IMG/VR virus record: IMGVR_UViG_3300034062_005355
Reading direction: 5' to 3' (one strand)
Origin: a virus
Taxonomy: Duplodnaviria; Caudoviricetes
DNA: 64,000 nt
The notes below the pieces were generated by a model. That model was not told the DNA's origin. It saw only the letters and a program-made list of their open reading frames with translations, and did no database searches. Shown piece by piece: positions 23,167 to 33,178 of the stretch. A program made the position numbers and the translations under genes. Within the stretch, counting starts at the first letter, position 1, and each line of letters begins with the position of its first letter.

Positions 23167-23554
23167 TGGAGTAGCGCGGATTCGAACCGCGGTCTTCCCT
23201 ACTCAATAATAAATGACTACACGTTTAGGATAATGTTTGCTAACATTCCAAAATTCACAATTCCCTTATTTTTAAAGTGGTTCGGTTTACTGAGAACTAA
23301 TCCTCCACTTGTTTCTTTTAGGATAGAAACCACACCCTATAGAGATTTATGTTCCAAGGTTAATATCTCCCCGACCTGAATATAGTTTTGCTTACGCTAC
23401 TTCTACAAGCTCATCTTGTTTTACAAGACCTAATAGAGCCATTTTGTTTAACACGTTGCCGTATAATTGTTATTACCATAGATTTAAGTGATAGGAAACA
23501 TCTCACTACGTGCCACCGATTACAGACATATGAAATCAATTGCCTTTCTACCCC
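23167..23554 (-). ncRNA. ssrA: tmRNA
   Basis: 5' GGGGTAG..GGCAATTGA; 3' CGCGG-TTCGAAT-CCGCG-CTACTCC-A; G3:U70 pair; internal tag ORF at 23460-23392. Confidence 0.93.
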
Positions 23555-23719
23555 ATAAATTAAAGAACTTAAAAATCACTTTCGCCCCCTGTATAGACTT
23601 TCGTCGGATGTTTAAGGTCAGCCTTAACTATTAAGGGAGCCACCCGTGATTTGTTGTACAAAGGTAATAATAAATATGGAAATTCCAAACAAATATGGTA
23701 TTTATAATAAAAATCAACG

Positions 23720-25534
23720 GTGATAATAATAGAAGGTAAAAAAGAAGATGTTTCAAAACGTCTAAAACAGAGGTTTGAATACGATAGTTCATTCATTGAC
23801 CGTATGCTATCTGTAGACCCAACAGGGTACAAATACGTTGATTATATTGCTAAACAACTTGAAAAATTAATCCCACAACTTGCAGGACGAAAGGGTGGTC
23901 TTAATATAACACAACAAGATGCAATCAAAGACATCTTATCAATGGTTATTCCATGGTTTCATAATAATGTTAATAGAATAACTGAAGACGATATTTGGAA
24001 AGCGGAAACAATTTTTAGAGAACAAAATGGTATGGTACCAAATATTGAAGGGATTGCCAAATCATTTAAAGACATTGCCCAGTATGAAGATCCTGAGTTT
24101 ATTAAAACTTTGATGGATATTATTGATTCTAAAAAAACCGAAAGAGAAAAAGAAAGGGAGTTAAAGAGTCAGGCTGAGAGATTATATGAAGATGATGATG
24201 TATTGGTGATTAGACCAAAATCATATGCAGCATCATGTTATTATGGTGCAAACACAAAATGGTGTACTGCCGGTAAGGGAAGTTCGGGTTATTATGATAG
24301 GTATGCCAATAGAGGTTTGTTATATTACTTTATTAAGAAAAAAGAAAATAAGAAAATGGCCTTATACAGAAATACAGAAGATAGAACAAATGAAGTCTAT
24401 AATGCCCAAGATACTGAAGTAACTGTGAATGATTTAAGAGAGACCTTCCCAAATCAAAATGATTTAATTGACGATTTAATAGGTGTTGGAGAATTTATTA
24501 AAACACTTAGAGAGTTTTCCAAAGGTAAAATTGATTCTCGTGAATTGGAAGATTCTGACGAAGCAATTCTTAAAGTTAAACCTTCAGACCCATTAGGACA
24601 AAGTACAATTATAATTGATTTTGGAGACGATACAAAATTCTTTAAATCACTAGACATATCTGAAGACGACCAATGGTTTTTAAATGGAATAAATTCACAT
24701 TATGGTAGTTATGAATTTATGGATTCATATCAAGTAGAACAAGATTTTAAAGAAGGTTATGTAGTCTATGGTGACCTCAATAAAGAAAATAAGGAAAAGT
24801 TAAAAGAAATTGCCGAATTAATATTACCAGGGGAAGAATTTGATTTGGATAACGACGAATATAGAGTTAGATTATCGGAAACATTATTAAATTTATTTGA
24901 TGATGAAATGGATTGGATTCTTGGTGATTATGTTTCCGAAAAGAATAGTGAGATGCAAACAACCGCTCAAACATCAATTGAAAAAGAAATTAATAGTTTT
25001 TTGGAATCTATTGGGTTTGTACTTTTTAGAGATTACGACCAAATTGCAACTACCGCAGCCAATTTATTAATGTGGTCCGCAAGATTACAACTACCAAAAA
25101 TAGATATAATATCTTTATTTAATCAAATAATTGAATATTCAGGCACTAGACGACTAGGTGGTTGGTCTGAAGATTCATATGAATATCAAGATTATGATAA
25201 TTTTGATTTAGTATCTTTTAATAACTCTGTTGAACGTCAATTTGAAAAAATTTTAGAAAAACTTGATGAGGATGAAGATGCTGGTGGAGAGAAAATTAAA
25301 GAGTTTTTAGGGTTTAGAGGTAGAATTGTTAAAAAATTTGGATTAAATAAATGGAACAAATTGCCTAGTGATAAAACTGTTTCATTTAAAGTTGAAGGGT
25401 TTGACCGAGAAGAAATGAAAGTTATTATTCGTGTTGAAAAACAATATAAAGGTATGAGACAATTAAAATTGTCTGAAGAAAATTTCAATAATTTATTATA
25501 TTCCCCACAATTATTTGATTTATTTGAAGTTTAA
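23720..25534 (+). CDS. conserved large-phage protein with SCxYGxxTxWCT motif (paralogue B)
   Basis: ASCYYGANTKWCTA; GTG start after TATTTATA. Confidence 0.8.
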   Translation: MIIIEGKKEDVSKRLKQRFEYDSSFIDRMLSVDPTGYKYVDYIAKQLEKLIPQLAGRKGGLNITQQDAIKDILSMVIPWFHNNVNRITEDDIWKAETIFREQNGMVPNIEGIAKSFKDIAQYEDPEFIKTLMDIIDSKKTEREKERELKSQAERLYEDDDVLVIRPKSYAASCYYGANTKWCTAGKGSSGYYDRYANRGLLYYFIKKKENKKMALYRNTEDRTNEVYNAQDTEVTVNDLRETFPNQNDLIDDLIGVGEFIKTLREFSKGKIDSRELEDSDEAILKVKPSDPLGQSTIIIDFGDDTKFFKSLDISEDDQWFLNGINSHYGSYEFMDSYQVEQDFKEGYVVYGDLNKENKEKLKEIAELILPGEEFDLDNDEYRVRLSETLLNLFDDEMDWILGDYVSEKNSEMQTTAQTSIEKEINSFLESIGFVLFRDYDQIATTAANLLMWSARLQLPKIDIISLFNQIIEYSGTRRLGGWSEDSYEYQDYDNFDLVSFNNSVERQFEKILEKLDEDEDAGGEKIKEFLGFRGRIVKKFGLNKWNKLPSDKTVSFKVEGFDREEMKVIIRVEKQYKGMRQLKLSEENFNNLLYSPQLFDLFEV

Positions 25535-25558
25535 GAATAAATTTCTTATATTTGCTTC

Positions 25559-26398
25559 ATGAATAATTTAGAACTACTAAAAAACGTATTAAGCGTTCCA
25601 ACTAAGACATATCAAGAAGAAAGAATGGTTGCGTTTTTGGTTAATTGGTTAACCGAAAATAATATTACACATTTTGTTGATGAATATCATAACGTATATG
25701 CAACAAAACAAGAATCGTCAGAATTACCTGAAGATTTTTATTTCCCATGTGTTATTTCCCATACTGACACCGTTCACAACATTGACACAATTAATATTAA
25801 GGAAGAAATGTTATTCAATGCTCAAGGAGAGGAAAAACTATCTTACAAAGCGTATAACGACCAAGGAAACCCAACTGGTATTGGTGGTGATGACAAATGT
25901 GGTGTTTTTGCTTGTTTAACTTTACTACAAGAATTACCAAATGTTAAAGCCGCGTTCTTTGTATCCGAAGAAACTGGTTGTCATGGTTCACTTAAAGCGA
26001 GTAAAGAATTTTTTAAAAATGTTGGGTATGGAATTCAATTTGACGCACCTGAAAATTGGATGATTACAGAAAAATGTTTTGGCCAAGTATTGTTTGACAG
26101 GGATACAGAATTTTTTGAGGCTTGTGATAAAGTTTTGACTGAAGGAATGAATCAAAATGATATGGAGTACATGGTTCACCCTTACACTGACGTATATGCC
26201 CTAAGAAGTAAGTTTAACTTCTCTTGTATTAACATTTCGATTGGATATTACAATTATCACACAAAACATGAATATGTGGTAGTTGAAGATGTTTTTAACG
26301 GAATTGATCTGGGTAAGAAAATGATTGAAAACCTTGGGAATAAATTACACTACAAGAAATCAGTTAATTACGACTGGAAAACTCGGTTAGTATTTTAA
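25559..26398 (+). CDS. M20/M28-family zinc peptidase
   Basis: SHTDTV, GGDDKCG, EETG and H-containing C-terminal motifs. Confidence 0.85.
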   Translation: MNNLELLKNVLSVPTKTYQEERMVAFLVNWLTENNITHFVDEYHNVYATKQESSELPEDFYFPCVISHTDTVHNIDTINIKEEMLFNAQGEEKLSYKAYNDQGNPTGIGGDDKCGVFACLTLLQELPNVKAAFFVSEETGCHGSLKASKEFFKNVGYGIQFDAPENWMITEKCFGQVLFDRDTEFFEACDKVLTEGMNQNDMEYMVHPYTDVYALRSKFNFSCINISIGYYNYHTKHEYVVVEDVFNGIDLGKKMIENLGNKLHYKKSVNYDWKTRLVF

Positions 26399-26586
26399 TT
26401 ATAAGTCGGATGAGAAATTATCCGATTTTTTTTGTCTTTAGGTTCATTGTCATGACCACATTTATGACAAATATATAGGTCATCACCACCATCAGAAATA
26501 TCCCAACTATGTGGACACTCATCACATAAAACTTTACCGTCTTTAACGGTTTCTCTGATAATTCTTCTGATTAACTCTTTCATCAA
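26395..26586 (-). CDS. small zinc-ribbon protein
   Basis: CDEC...CHKC. Confidence 0.7.
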   Translation of the reverse strand: MMKELIRRIIRETVKDGKVLCDECPHSWDISDGGDDLYICHKCGHDNEPKDKKNRIISHPTYN

Positions 26587-26630
26587 ATATAAATATATAA
26601 AAAAAGGGGGATTTTCATCCCCCTTCTTAA

Positions 26631-28646
26631 TTATCGTCCTTTCTTTTGGACCACCACATTTTCATCCACTACTTTGATGAGATAAGTTTTACCCTCAATC
26701 ATCTTACCTGTTAGAACTTCTTCAGACAATAGGTCTTCAACCTTATCTTGAATTGCTCTTTTCAATGGACGAGCTCCGTATAATTCATCATAACCAATCT
26801 TAGCAAGATACTCAACCAATGAATCATCGTATGTGATGTTGTATTTCATGTCTACAAGACGAACTACCAACTTCTTTAATTCAATGTCTGTAATCTTTTT
26901 AATATCCTCTTGAGATAAAGAATTAAATACGATTGTATCATCAATACGATTTAAGAACTCAGGAGAAAAGAAATTCTTCATTTCTTTCATTAACATTTGT
27001 TTCTTAGCTTCTTCATTACTATATGCGTTTGAAGAGAAACCAATACCTGTTCCAAATTCTTGTAGTTTCTTAACCCCTAAATTTGATGTCAAGATAATCA
27101 AGGTATTCTTGAAGTTAATCTTACGACCTAAACTATCTGTCACATGACCATCATCCAAGATTTGAAGTAAAACAGTGAATACATCTTTGTGTGCTTTTTC
27201 CACCTCGTCAAACAAGATAACTGAATATGGTTTGTTTTTAACTTTTTCAGTTAACAATCCACCTTCTTCATAACCAACATAACCCGGAGGAGCTCCCACT
27301 AATTTAGAAATACTATGTTTCTCTTGGTATTCTGACATATCCACACGGATAAGTGAATCTTCAGAACCAAACATTTCCTTAGCCAATTGTTTTGCCAAGT
27401 ATGTTTTACCAACACCAGTAGAACCCAAGAACACGAATGAGCCAATTGGACGGTTAGGGTCTTTAATGCCCAAACGGTTTCTTTTAATAGATTTTGCAAT
27501 CTTAACAACAGCGTTGTCCTGACCAATAACTTTACCAATTAAGTTTTTGTCTAAATCTAACAATGATTTTGTGTCATCAACGCTCATTTTGTTTACAGGA
27601 ATTTTGGTCATGTTTGAAACAACATCGTATACGTGTTCCAACAAGATGGTTTGTTTTTCCTTCGCCAATTGTTCTTCAAACTTAATTTTTTCTTGCTCAA
27701 GTTTTATTAACAATTTCTTCTCCTTGTCACGAAGTTCTGCTGCTTGTTCGTAGTTTTGTTTTTTAACCACATCAATTTTTTGTTGTTTGATATCTGCAGC
27801 CTTCTTTTTAAGGTCTTCAATAACATCAGGAACTTTTAAGTCAGTTTGCATTCTTGCCCCAACCTCATCCAAGATGTCAAACGCTTTGTCAGGAAATTCA
27901 CGGTCAGTGATATAACGGTCTGCCAACTTAACACAAGTTTCAATAACCTCATCACTGTAATTTACCTTGTGGAAGTTTTCGTATTTGTCACGAACATTCT
28001 TAAGGATTTGAATTGTTTCATCAACTGATGATGGATCAACAATTACTTTTTGGAATCTACGTTCTAACGCTCCGTCTTTTTCAATGTTCTTACGGAATTC
28101 ATCCAATGTGGTTGCTCCAATACATTGAAGTTCACCACGAGAAAGTGCTGGTTTAAAGATGTTTGAACCATCCATTGAACCTGAAGAATTACCTGAACCA
28201 ACCAAAGTGTGAATCTCGTCAATAAACACAATGATGTTTGGATTCGCCTGAAGTTCTTCAATAATCACTTTCATTCTTTCTTCGAATTGTCCACGGTATT
28301 TGGTACCAGCAACAACTGAAGTTAGGTCAAGGTTAACAATACGTTTGTCAATTAAGTTACGAGGACATTCCCCATTAACAATTTTAATTGCCAAACCTTC
28401 AACAAGAGCAGTTTTACCACAACCAGGTTCACCAATAATAATTGGGTTATTTTTCTTTCTACGAGATAAAATCTGAGCAATTCTCAAAATCTCTCGGTCA
28501 CGACCAATAACAGGGTCAAGTTTACCCGCCTCAGCTAATTTATTTAGGTCTCTACTGAAGTTGTCTAATACAGGTGTGTTTGAATCTGCAGATGATTTTG
28601 ATTTTTTACTCATCATTTTGTCGTCATCGTCCATTAAGTCGTTCAT
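26631..28646 (-). CDS. clpC: ClpC-type AAA+ unfoldase lacking the N-terminal domain
   Basis: Two Walker A motifs (GEPGCGKT, GSTGVGKT), UVR-type M domain (NYEQAAELRD) and a GIGF ClpP-docking loop. Confidence 0.92.
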   Translation of the reverse strand: MNDLMDDDDKMMSKKSKSSADSNTPVLDNFSRDLNKLAEAGKLDPVIGRDREILRIAQILSRRKKNNPIIIGEPGCGKTALVEGLAIKIVNGECPRNLIDKRIVNLDLTSVVAGTKYRGQFEERMKVIIEELQANPNIIVFIDEIHTLVGSGNSSGSMDGSNIFKPALSRGELQCIGATTLDEFRKNIEKDGALERRFQKVIVDPSSVDETIQILKNVRDKYENFHKVNYSDEVIETCVKLADRYITDREFPDKAFDILDEVGARMQTDLKVPDVIEDLKKKAADIKQQKIDVVKKQNYEQAAELRDKEKKLLIKLEQEKIKFEEQLAKEKQTILLEHVYDVVSNMTKIPVNKMSVDDTKSLLDLDKNLIGKVIGQDNAVVKIAKSIKRNRLGIKDPNRPIGSFVFLGSTGVGKTYLAKQLAKEMFGSEDSLIRVDMSEYQEKHSISKLVGAPPGYVGYEEGGLLTEKVKNKPYSVILFDEVEKAHKDVFTVLLQILDDGHVTDSLGRKINFKNTLIILTSNLGVKKLQEFGTGIGFSSNAYSNEEAKKQMLMKEMKNFFSPEFLNRIDDTIVFNSLSQEDIKKITDIELKKLVVRLVDMKYNITYDDSLVEYLAKIGYDELYGARPLKRAIQDKVEDLLSEEVLTGKMIEGKTYLIKVVDENVVVQKKGR

Positions 28647-28845
28647 ATATTTTATAGATTTTTTACAAAGTAACAACAAATTTTATACATCTCCAAATAA
28701 TTTGTCAAATTGTCAGTAATATTTTTTTATAATGACATAATGTCATATAATATTTGTTTTATCTGAAAAAATGACTTATATTTATCAAAGGAATAAATTT
28801 TGATACCACAAAGATATAAAATAAATTTACAAAAACAAAAAAAAT

Positions 28846-29244
28846 ATGTTTAACAAAAGAAACTTTAATTTTAACTTTGACGAGTTAATAGCTCGTTATG
28901 AAAAAATGATGGAAGATTTCCATAAAACGGATTGGTCGGAAAAAAGTTATGAATCACCTGATGGTTCATATAAAGTGACTAGTTACTATAAGGTATTTGA
29001 TTTATCAGATTTAGACAAGTCAAAACAAATGAGTAAAGAAGAATACCTTAAGATTAAACTTCAAAGGGCAATTGAAACTGAAGATTTTGAATCAGCAATT
29101 AAATTGAGAGACCAAATTAAAAACTTAGAATCAAATCAAGAAGAAATTGAAAAAGTTGAACTTGAATTGAAAAAAGCAATTAAGGAACAAAACTTTGAAA
29201 TGGCGATTGAACTCAGGGATGAATTAAAAAAACTGAAGTCTTAA
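28846..29244 (+). CDS. UvrB/UvrC (UVR) motif protein
   Basis: Two motifs: AIETEDFESAIKLRD and AIKEQNFEMAIELRD. Confidence 0.8.
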   Translation: MFNKRNFNFNFDELIARYEKMMEDFHKTDWSEKSYESPDGSYKVTSYYKVFDLSDLDKSKQMSKEEYLKIKLQRAIETEDFESAIKLRDQIKNLESNQEEIEKVELELKKAIKEQNFEMAIELRDELKKLKS

Positions 29245-29469
29245 ATGAAACCCTCACCAAATGGTGGGGGTTTTGTATTTATATACATGAAACCTTTTGA
29301 ATTATATTTAAATGGATCTTTAACTTTAAGAGAACTACTTAATACATATATTGAGTTAAGACAGCATTTCCAAGAATATTTAAAACCATTAATGGAAAAA
29401 ATAAACGAATTAACCCCACTAAGTAAAGATGGCTATAGTCAAAGAAGAAATCAACGGGACGAAGATTAA
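29245..29469 (+). CDS. hypothetical protein (true start probably at ~29287)
   Basis: ORF; a TATTTATA motif precedes an internal ATG. Confidence 0.5.
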   Translation: MKPSPNGGGFVFIYMKPFELYLNGSLTLRELLNTYIELRQHFQEYLKPLMEKINELTPLSKDGYSQRRNQRDED

Positions 29470-29671
29470 AAACGAAATAAAATCGTCAAATATTAAATCA
29501 ACTGAATACGATACTGAAACAAAAGATTTAGTTGTTGAATTTAATAACGGAGCAAAATACAAATACGATGGGGTTCCCCATCAGGTTTATACAAAACTTA
29601 GGTTAGCAGAATCTCAAGGTAAATTTTTTACCACAGATATCGCAAAAAAATACCCATATAAAAAACTTTAA
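29429..29671 (+). CDS. KTSC-domain protein
   Basis: SSNIKSTEYD...LVVEFNNG..YKYDGVP....L..AESQGKFF. Confidence 0.88.
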   Translation: MAIVKEEINGTKIKNEIKSSNIKSTEYDTETKDLVVEFNNGAKYKYDGVPHQVYTKLRLAESQGKFFTTDIAKKYPYKKL

Positions 29672-29680
29672 TAATCCTAC

Positions 29681-29688
29681 TATTTATA
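29681..29688 (+). promoter_or_regulatory. candidate phage late promoter TATTTATA (representative site)
   Basis: Found 3-30 nt upstream of many morphogenesis and late gene starts on both strands (see findings). Confidence 0.65.
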
Positions 29689-29692
29689 TAGG

Positions 29693-30418
29693 ATGAATAG
29701 TTTTCAAAAAATCCTTGATAGTTTTTCTATTAAGGACACATTAAACCCAAAAATTTGGGAATCCCCAAAAGAACCTAACAAAGCGGTTATGATACCAAAA
29801 GTTAGAAAAGCTCTTACGCGTATTGCGGAAGAGTTTATTGATTATTTGGGTGATGATGTTTTTGTGGACGATATTCATCTCACAGGTTCATTGGCAAATT
29901 TTAATTGGTCAGAATTTTCAGATTTTGATTTACATGTAATTGTTGATTTACAACAATACGAAAACCAAAGTGAATTGTATAAAGAATTGTTTAATTTAAA
30001 AAAACAAGTTTTCAACGACAAACATAATATTAAGATTTTTGGTTATGATGTTGAGTTATATGCTCAAGATGCAGAAGAACCACATTATAGTTCGGGAGTT
30101 TATTCTGTTATGAATGATGAATGGATTAGTAAACCAAAAAAATTCAAGAATGAAATTGATAAAGGTGTGCTTGAAAAAAAGATAAAAACTTGGACAGAAA
30201 AGATTGATACTGCAATTGACGAGGGCAAAGATTTAGAAACAATTAAGACTAAACTCAAAGATTATAGAAAGGCTGGGTTAGAAAAAGATGGTGAATTATC
30301 TTATGAAAATTTAGTCTTTAAGTTTTTAAGAAGGTCAGGTCACATAGAAAAATTATTTGATACCGTGAATAAAGAGACAGATAAAGAGTTGTCTGTTGAA
30401 AGAACAATTCAAGAATAA
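29693..30418 (+). CDS. Pol-beta-superfamily nucleotidyltransferase
   Basis: LTGSLAN...SDFDLH plus a third acidic residue in VELY. Confidence 0.8.
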   Translation: MNSFQKILDSFSIKDTLNPKIWESPKEPNKAVMIPKVRKALTRIAEEFIDYLGDDVFVDDIHLTGSLANFNWSEFSDFDLHVIVDLQQYENQSELYKELFNLKKQVFNDKHNIKIFGYDVELYAQDAEEPHYSSGVYSVMNDEWISKPKKFKNEIDKGVLEKKIKTWTEKIDTAIDEGKDLETIKTKLKDYRKAGLEKDGELSYENLVFKFLRRSGHIEKLFDTVNKETDKELSVERTIQE

Positions 30419-30466
30419 TTAAATTATTCGTATGAATCATATATTTATTAAGAAAAATTAATACAC

Positions 30467-30661
30467 ATGGCAACATATTCCGCAAATACACAATACGAGT
30501 ATACCGTTGAGATTTTAGGTAATTTTAGTGGTGGTTCAATTACAGAGGGAGGTCCAGCTAATGGGTTTGCCCCTCATCCCGTATTTTCTAATGCTGATAA
30601 TGAACCAATCGTGCAACTAAACGCAATAACCTTAGGTGGTTTTAACGGATTAAATAATTAA
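30467..30661 (+). CDS. small hypothetical protein
   Basis: ATG ORF after TATTTAT. Confidence 0.6.
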   Translation: MATYSANTQYEYTVEILGNFSGGSITEGGPANGFAPHPVFSNADNEPIVQLNAITLGGFNGLNN

Positions 30662-30679
30662 AATATAAAATAAAAAGAT

Positions 30680-31912
30680 ATGGCAGATTTAAAACCAATT
30701 GGTAGTGAAAAACTAAAAGGCCAAGACAAACTAAATAGAATTATGGAAATTGCTCGTTTTAACGAAGTAATGCCAAAAGCAATTAACGAAACTGCAAAAT
30801 CTGAATATTCAGTAGCTCTTGCCGACGGAAACAAATATGAAATTGTTAGAGAAAGACAAGGGTATATTATTAAGAAAACTATTTCAGAATCTGAAACTGA
30901 ATATATTGAACCTATGAAAAATAGGAAATATTATTCATCGTATTCACAAGCGTTTAAAAGGTTAAATCTTGTTGCTGGTGAATTAAATAGACTTAATGAA
31001 AATGATGAAGGTATTTCTTTATATGGTGAACAAAAAAAATTCACATTAAAAACACCAAAACCAGCACCATCACCTGAAATGGAGGCTCCTATGGCTCCTC
31101 CAGCAGCACCACCATCAGTACCTTCACCTGAATTACCACCATCACCGATGGGAGGAGAAGAAGACATGGGAATGGAAGACATGGGAATGGAAGACATGGG
31201 AATGGAAGACATGGCACCTGAGACTGATGTTGAAGATATTGATGTTGATACTGAAGAAGGTGGAGAAGACCAAGTTACTTTTAAATCAATCCAAAAACTT
31301 ACAGGTAAATTAACTCAAAAAATTAGAACACTTGATAGTCAAGAAGGAATGACTTCTGAAGACATCAAATATGTAATTAATATGGTATTATCTTCATTAG
31401 ATTTAAAATCATTATCTGAGGAAGATATGGAAGACATTATGTCCAAATTTGAAGAAGATGAAACTGAAGATTTTGGAGCTGAAGATGATATGGACGGTGA
31501 AGATATGACTGACGATACTGAAGTTGAAGATATTCAAACTGATATGGATGTTCCTGTTGAGGGTTATGAAATGGAAGAAGAAGATTATGGTAATGGAGCA
31601 ATCTTTGATAGTATCTTTGGTGAATCAAAAGTAGATAAAGTAATTTCAAAATATTTTGAGGTTTCTAAAAAAGAAATCAGAGAAGGTAAAGAAAAACAAA
31701 TTCAAGAAACTGCTAAGAAAAAAGCTGTAGTTAATCAGATTATGGAATCAGTTGTTAAAATGACTGAAACTATTGAACAAGAATTAGCTGCGAAAAAATT
31801 TATAAAAGAAAATTTAAATTCTAAGTTTGTTGGAATTACAAACAAAAAGAATTTAGTTTTTGAAACTAAAGCAGGTCAAGTAAGAATTACACCAAACGGA
31901 GATTTAATATGA
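30680..31912 (+). CDS. acidic low-complexity protein, probably head-associated
   Basis: Pro-rich and EDMGM repeats; located in the head module. Confidence 0.7.
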   Translation: MADLKPIGSEKLKGQDKLNRIMEIARFNEVMPKAINETAKSEYSVALADGNKYEIVRERQGYIIKKTISESETEYIEPMKNRKYYSSYSQAFKRLNLVAGELNRLNENDEGISLYGEQKKFTLKTPKPAPSPEMEAPMAPPAAPPSVPSPELPPSPMGGEEDMGMEDMGMEDMGMEDMAPETDVEDIDVDTEEGGEDQVTFKSIQKLTGKLTQKIRTLDSQEGMTSEDIKYVINMVLSSLDLKSLSEEDMEDIMSKFEEDETEDFGAEDDMDGEDMTDDTEVEDIQTDMDVPVEGYEMEEEDYGNGAIFDSIFGESKVDKVISKYFEVSKKEIREGKEKQIQETAKKKAVVNQIMESVVKMTETIEQELAAKKFIKENLNSKFVGITNKKNLVFETKAGQVRITPNGDLI

Positions 31913-32304
31913 GCTATTTAACTTATGTTAACGGACTAGGTCCTAACTATAAGGGAGATAATTTATACGAATTTATATTTTCAGATAGTTTGGATGTTTG
32001 GGGAGAATCTTGGGAGAGTAAACCTTCCAACGGTTATCCAACTCCACCTGAATTACAATACATTAAGAAAGTAGGAGTTCTGAGAAATACTGATTTAAAA
32101 TTGGAATTGATTCAGAACTCCGATTTTTTTTGTATGATAGACGCAATAGATGATGTTGTTGCGTTAGCCTGGGAAACTGAAGAATCTGAAGGACAAAAAA
32201 GAATGGTGTTTAGATTTGGAAGTACCGAGCAAGAAATTAAAGATAAACTCTACGAAAGAGATTTGATTTTAGAATTTGAAAAAAAGTTAATATATGAAAG
32301 TTAA
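31909..32304 (+). CDS. hypothetical protein
   Basis: Operon arrangement. Confidence 0.75.
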   Translation: MSYLTYVNGLGPNYKGDNLYEFIFSDSLDVWGESWESKPSNGYPTPPELQYIKKVGVLRNTDLKLELIQNSDFFCMIDAIDDVVALAWETEESEGQKRMVFRFGSTEQEIKDKLYERDLILEFEKKLIYES

Positions 32305-33175
32305 TAAAAAAGCCCTTGAATTGATTGATAAAGGTTTATCATCTAAAACAGTTAGTAAATTAACTGAATCACAGATTAATGTATTACATAAAAAATTATT
32401 TGTTGAAGAAACAATGGTATCAAAAACAGATGCTGAGACAATTAGTAAATTAAAAAGTGAAAAAAAACCATTTCAAGTTTATGAAAAAGAACTGGATGAA
32501 GAAGAAGAAGTAACTTTAGACCCAAATAAAGATACTGAGACTCAAGACCCTCATCAAGTAGGTCCTTCATCAGATGATGGATTTGGTGATGAAACGGATG
32601 GTATGGGAATGATGGAAGAAAAAGATGGTCCAAATCCTTGGGCTATTTGTCATTCACAAGTTGGACCTAAAAAATCAAGAAAATGGGAAAGATGTGTTAG
32701 AGAAGTAAAAAAACAATTGAAAGAAGGGAAAAATCCTGTATCTTTGTTCTTGGAAACTCAAATAGAAAGAATAGTGGAAAAACATATACCCCCAAGAATT
32801 ACAAAAGGAGATTTAATGAAGGTTCTTTCAGAATCAGAACCAACAACTGCTCCAACAAAACCAAAAACAAAACCTGGTACAAAACCTGATACAAGACCAA
32901 GACCATCTCATCCTGGTAAAAATCCAAACCCTGGTGAGAATCCTGCTCCAAAGGCTAAAAAGAGTGAAACAAAGGAACAACAAACCTCACCTGCACCAAC
33001 AACAAAACCAGCACCAACAAAACCTGGTACAAAACCTGATACAAGACCAAGACCATCTCATCCTGGTAAAAATCCAAACCCTGGTGAGAATCCTGCTCCA
33101 AAGGCAAAAAAAGTTTCTCCTGAACAGGCTAAAGATAAAGTGATTGATGTGATAATGAACTTATTAAAGAAATAA
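32294..33175 (+). CDS. Pro/Lys-rich protein with an internal duplication
   Basis: Two copies of TKPGTKPDTRPRPSHPGKNPNPGENPAPKA. Confidence 0.75.
   Translation: MKVNKKALELIDKGLSSKTVSKLTESQINVLHKKLFVEETMVSKTDAETISKLKSEKKPFQVYEKELDEEEEVTLDPNKDTETQDPHQVGPSSDDGFGDETDGMGMMEEKDGPNPWAICHSQVGPKKSRKWERCVREVKKQLKEGKNPVSLFLETQIERIVEKHIPPRITKGDLMKVLSESEPTTAPTKPKTKPGTKPDTRPRPSHPGKNPNPGENPAPKAKKSETKEQQTSPAPTTKPAPTKPGTKPDTRPRPSHPGKNPNPGENPAPKAKKVSPEQAKDKVIDVIMNLLKK
32866..33105 (+). repeat. 90-bp perfect direct repeat within a CDS
   Basis: 32866-32955 is identical to 33016-33105. Confidence 0.85.
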
Positions 33176-33178
33176 TTT

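Noticed and set aside
22874-23832. ORFs 22874-23209, 23164-23379 and 23569-23832
   Set aside because: They are antisense or overlapping shadows of tmRNA and neighbouring genes.
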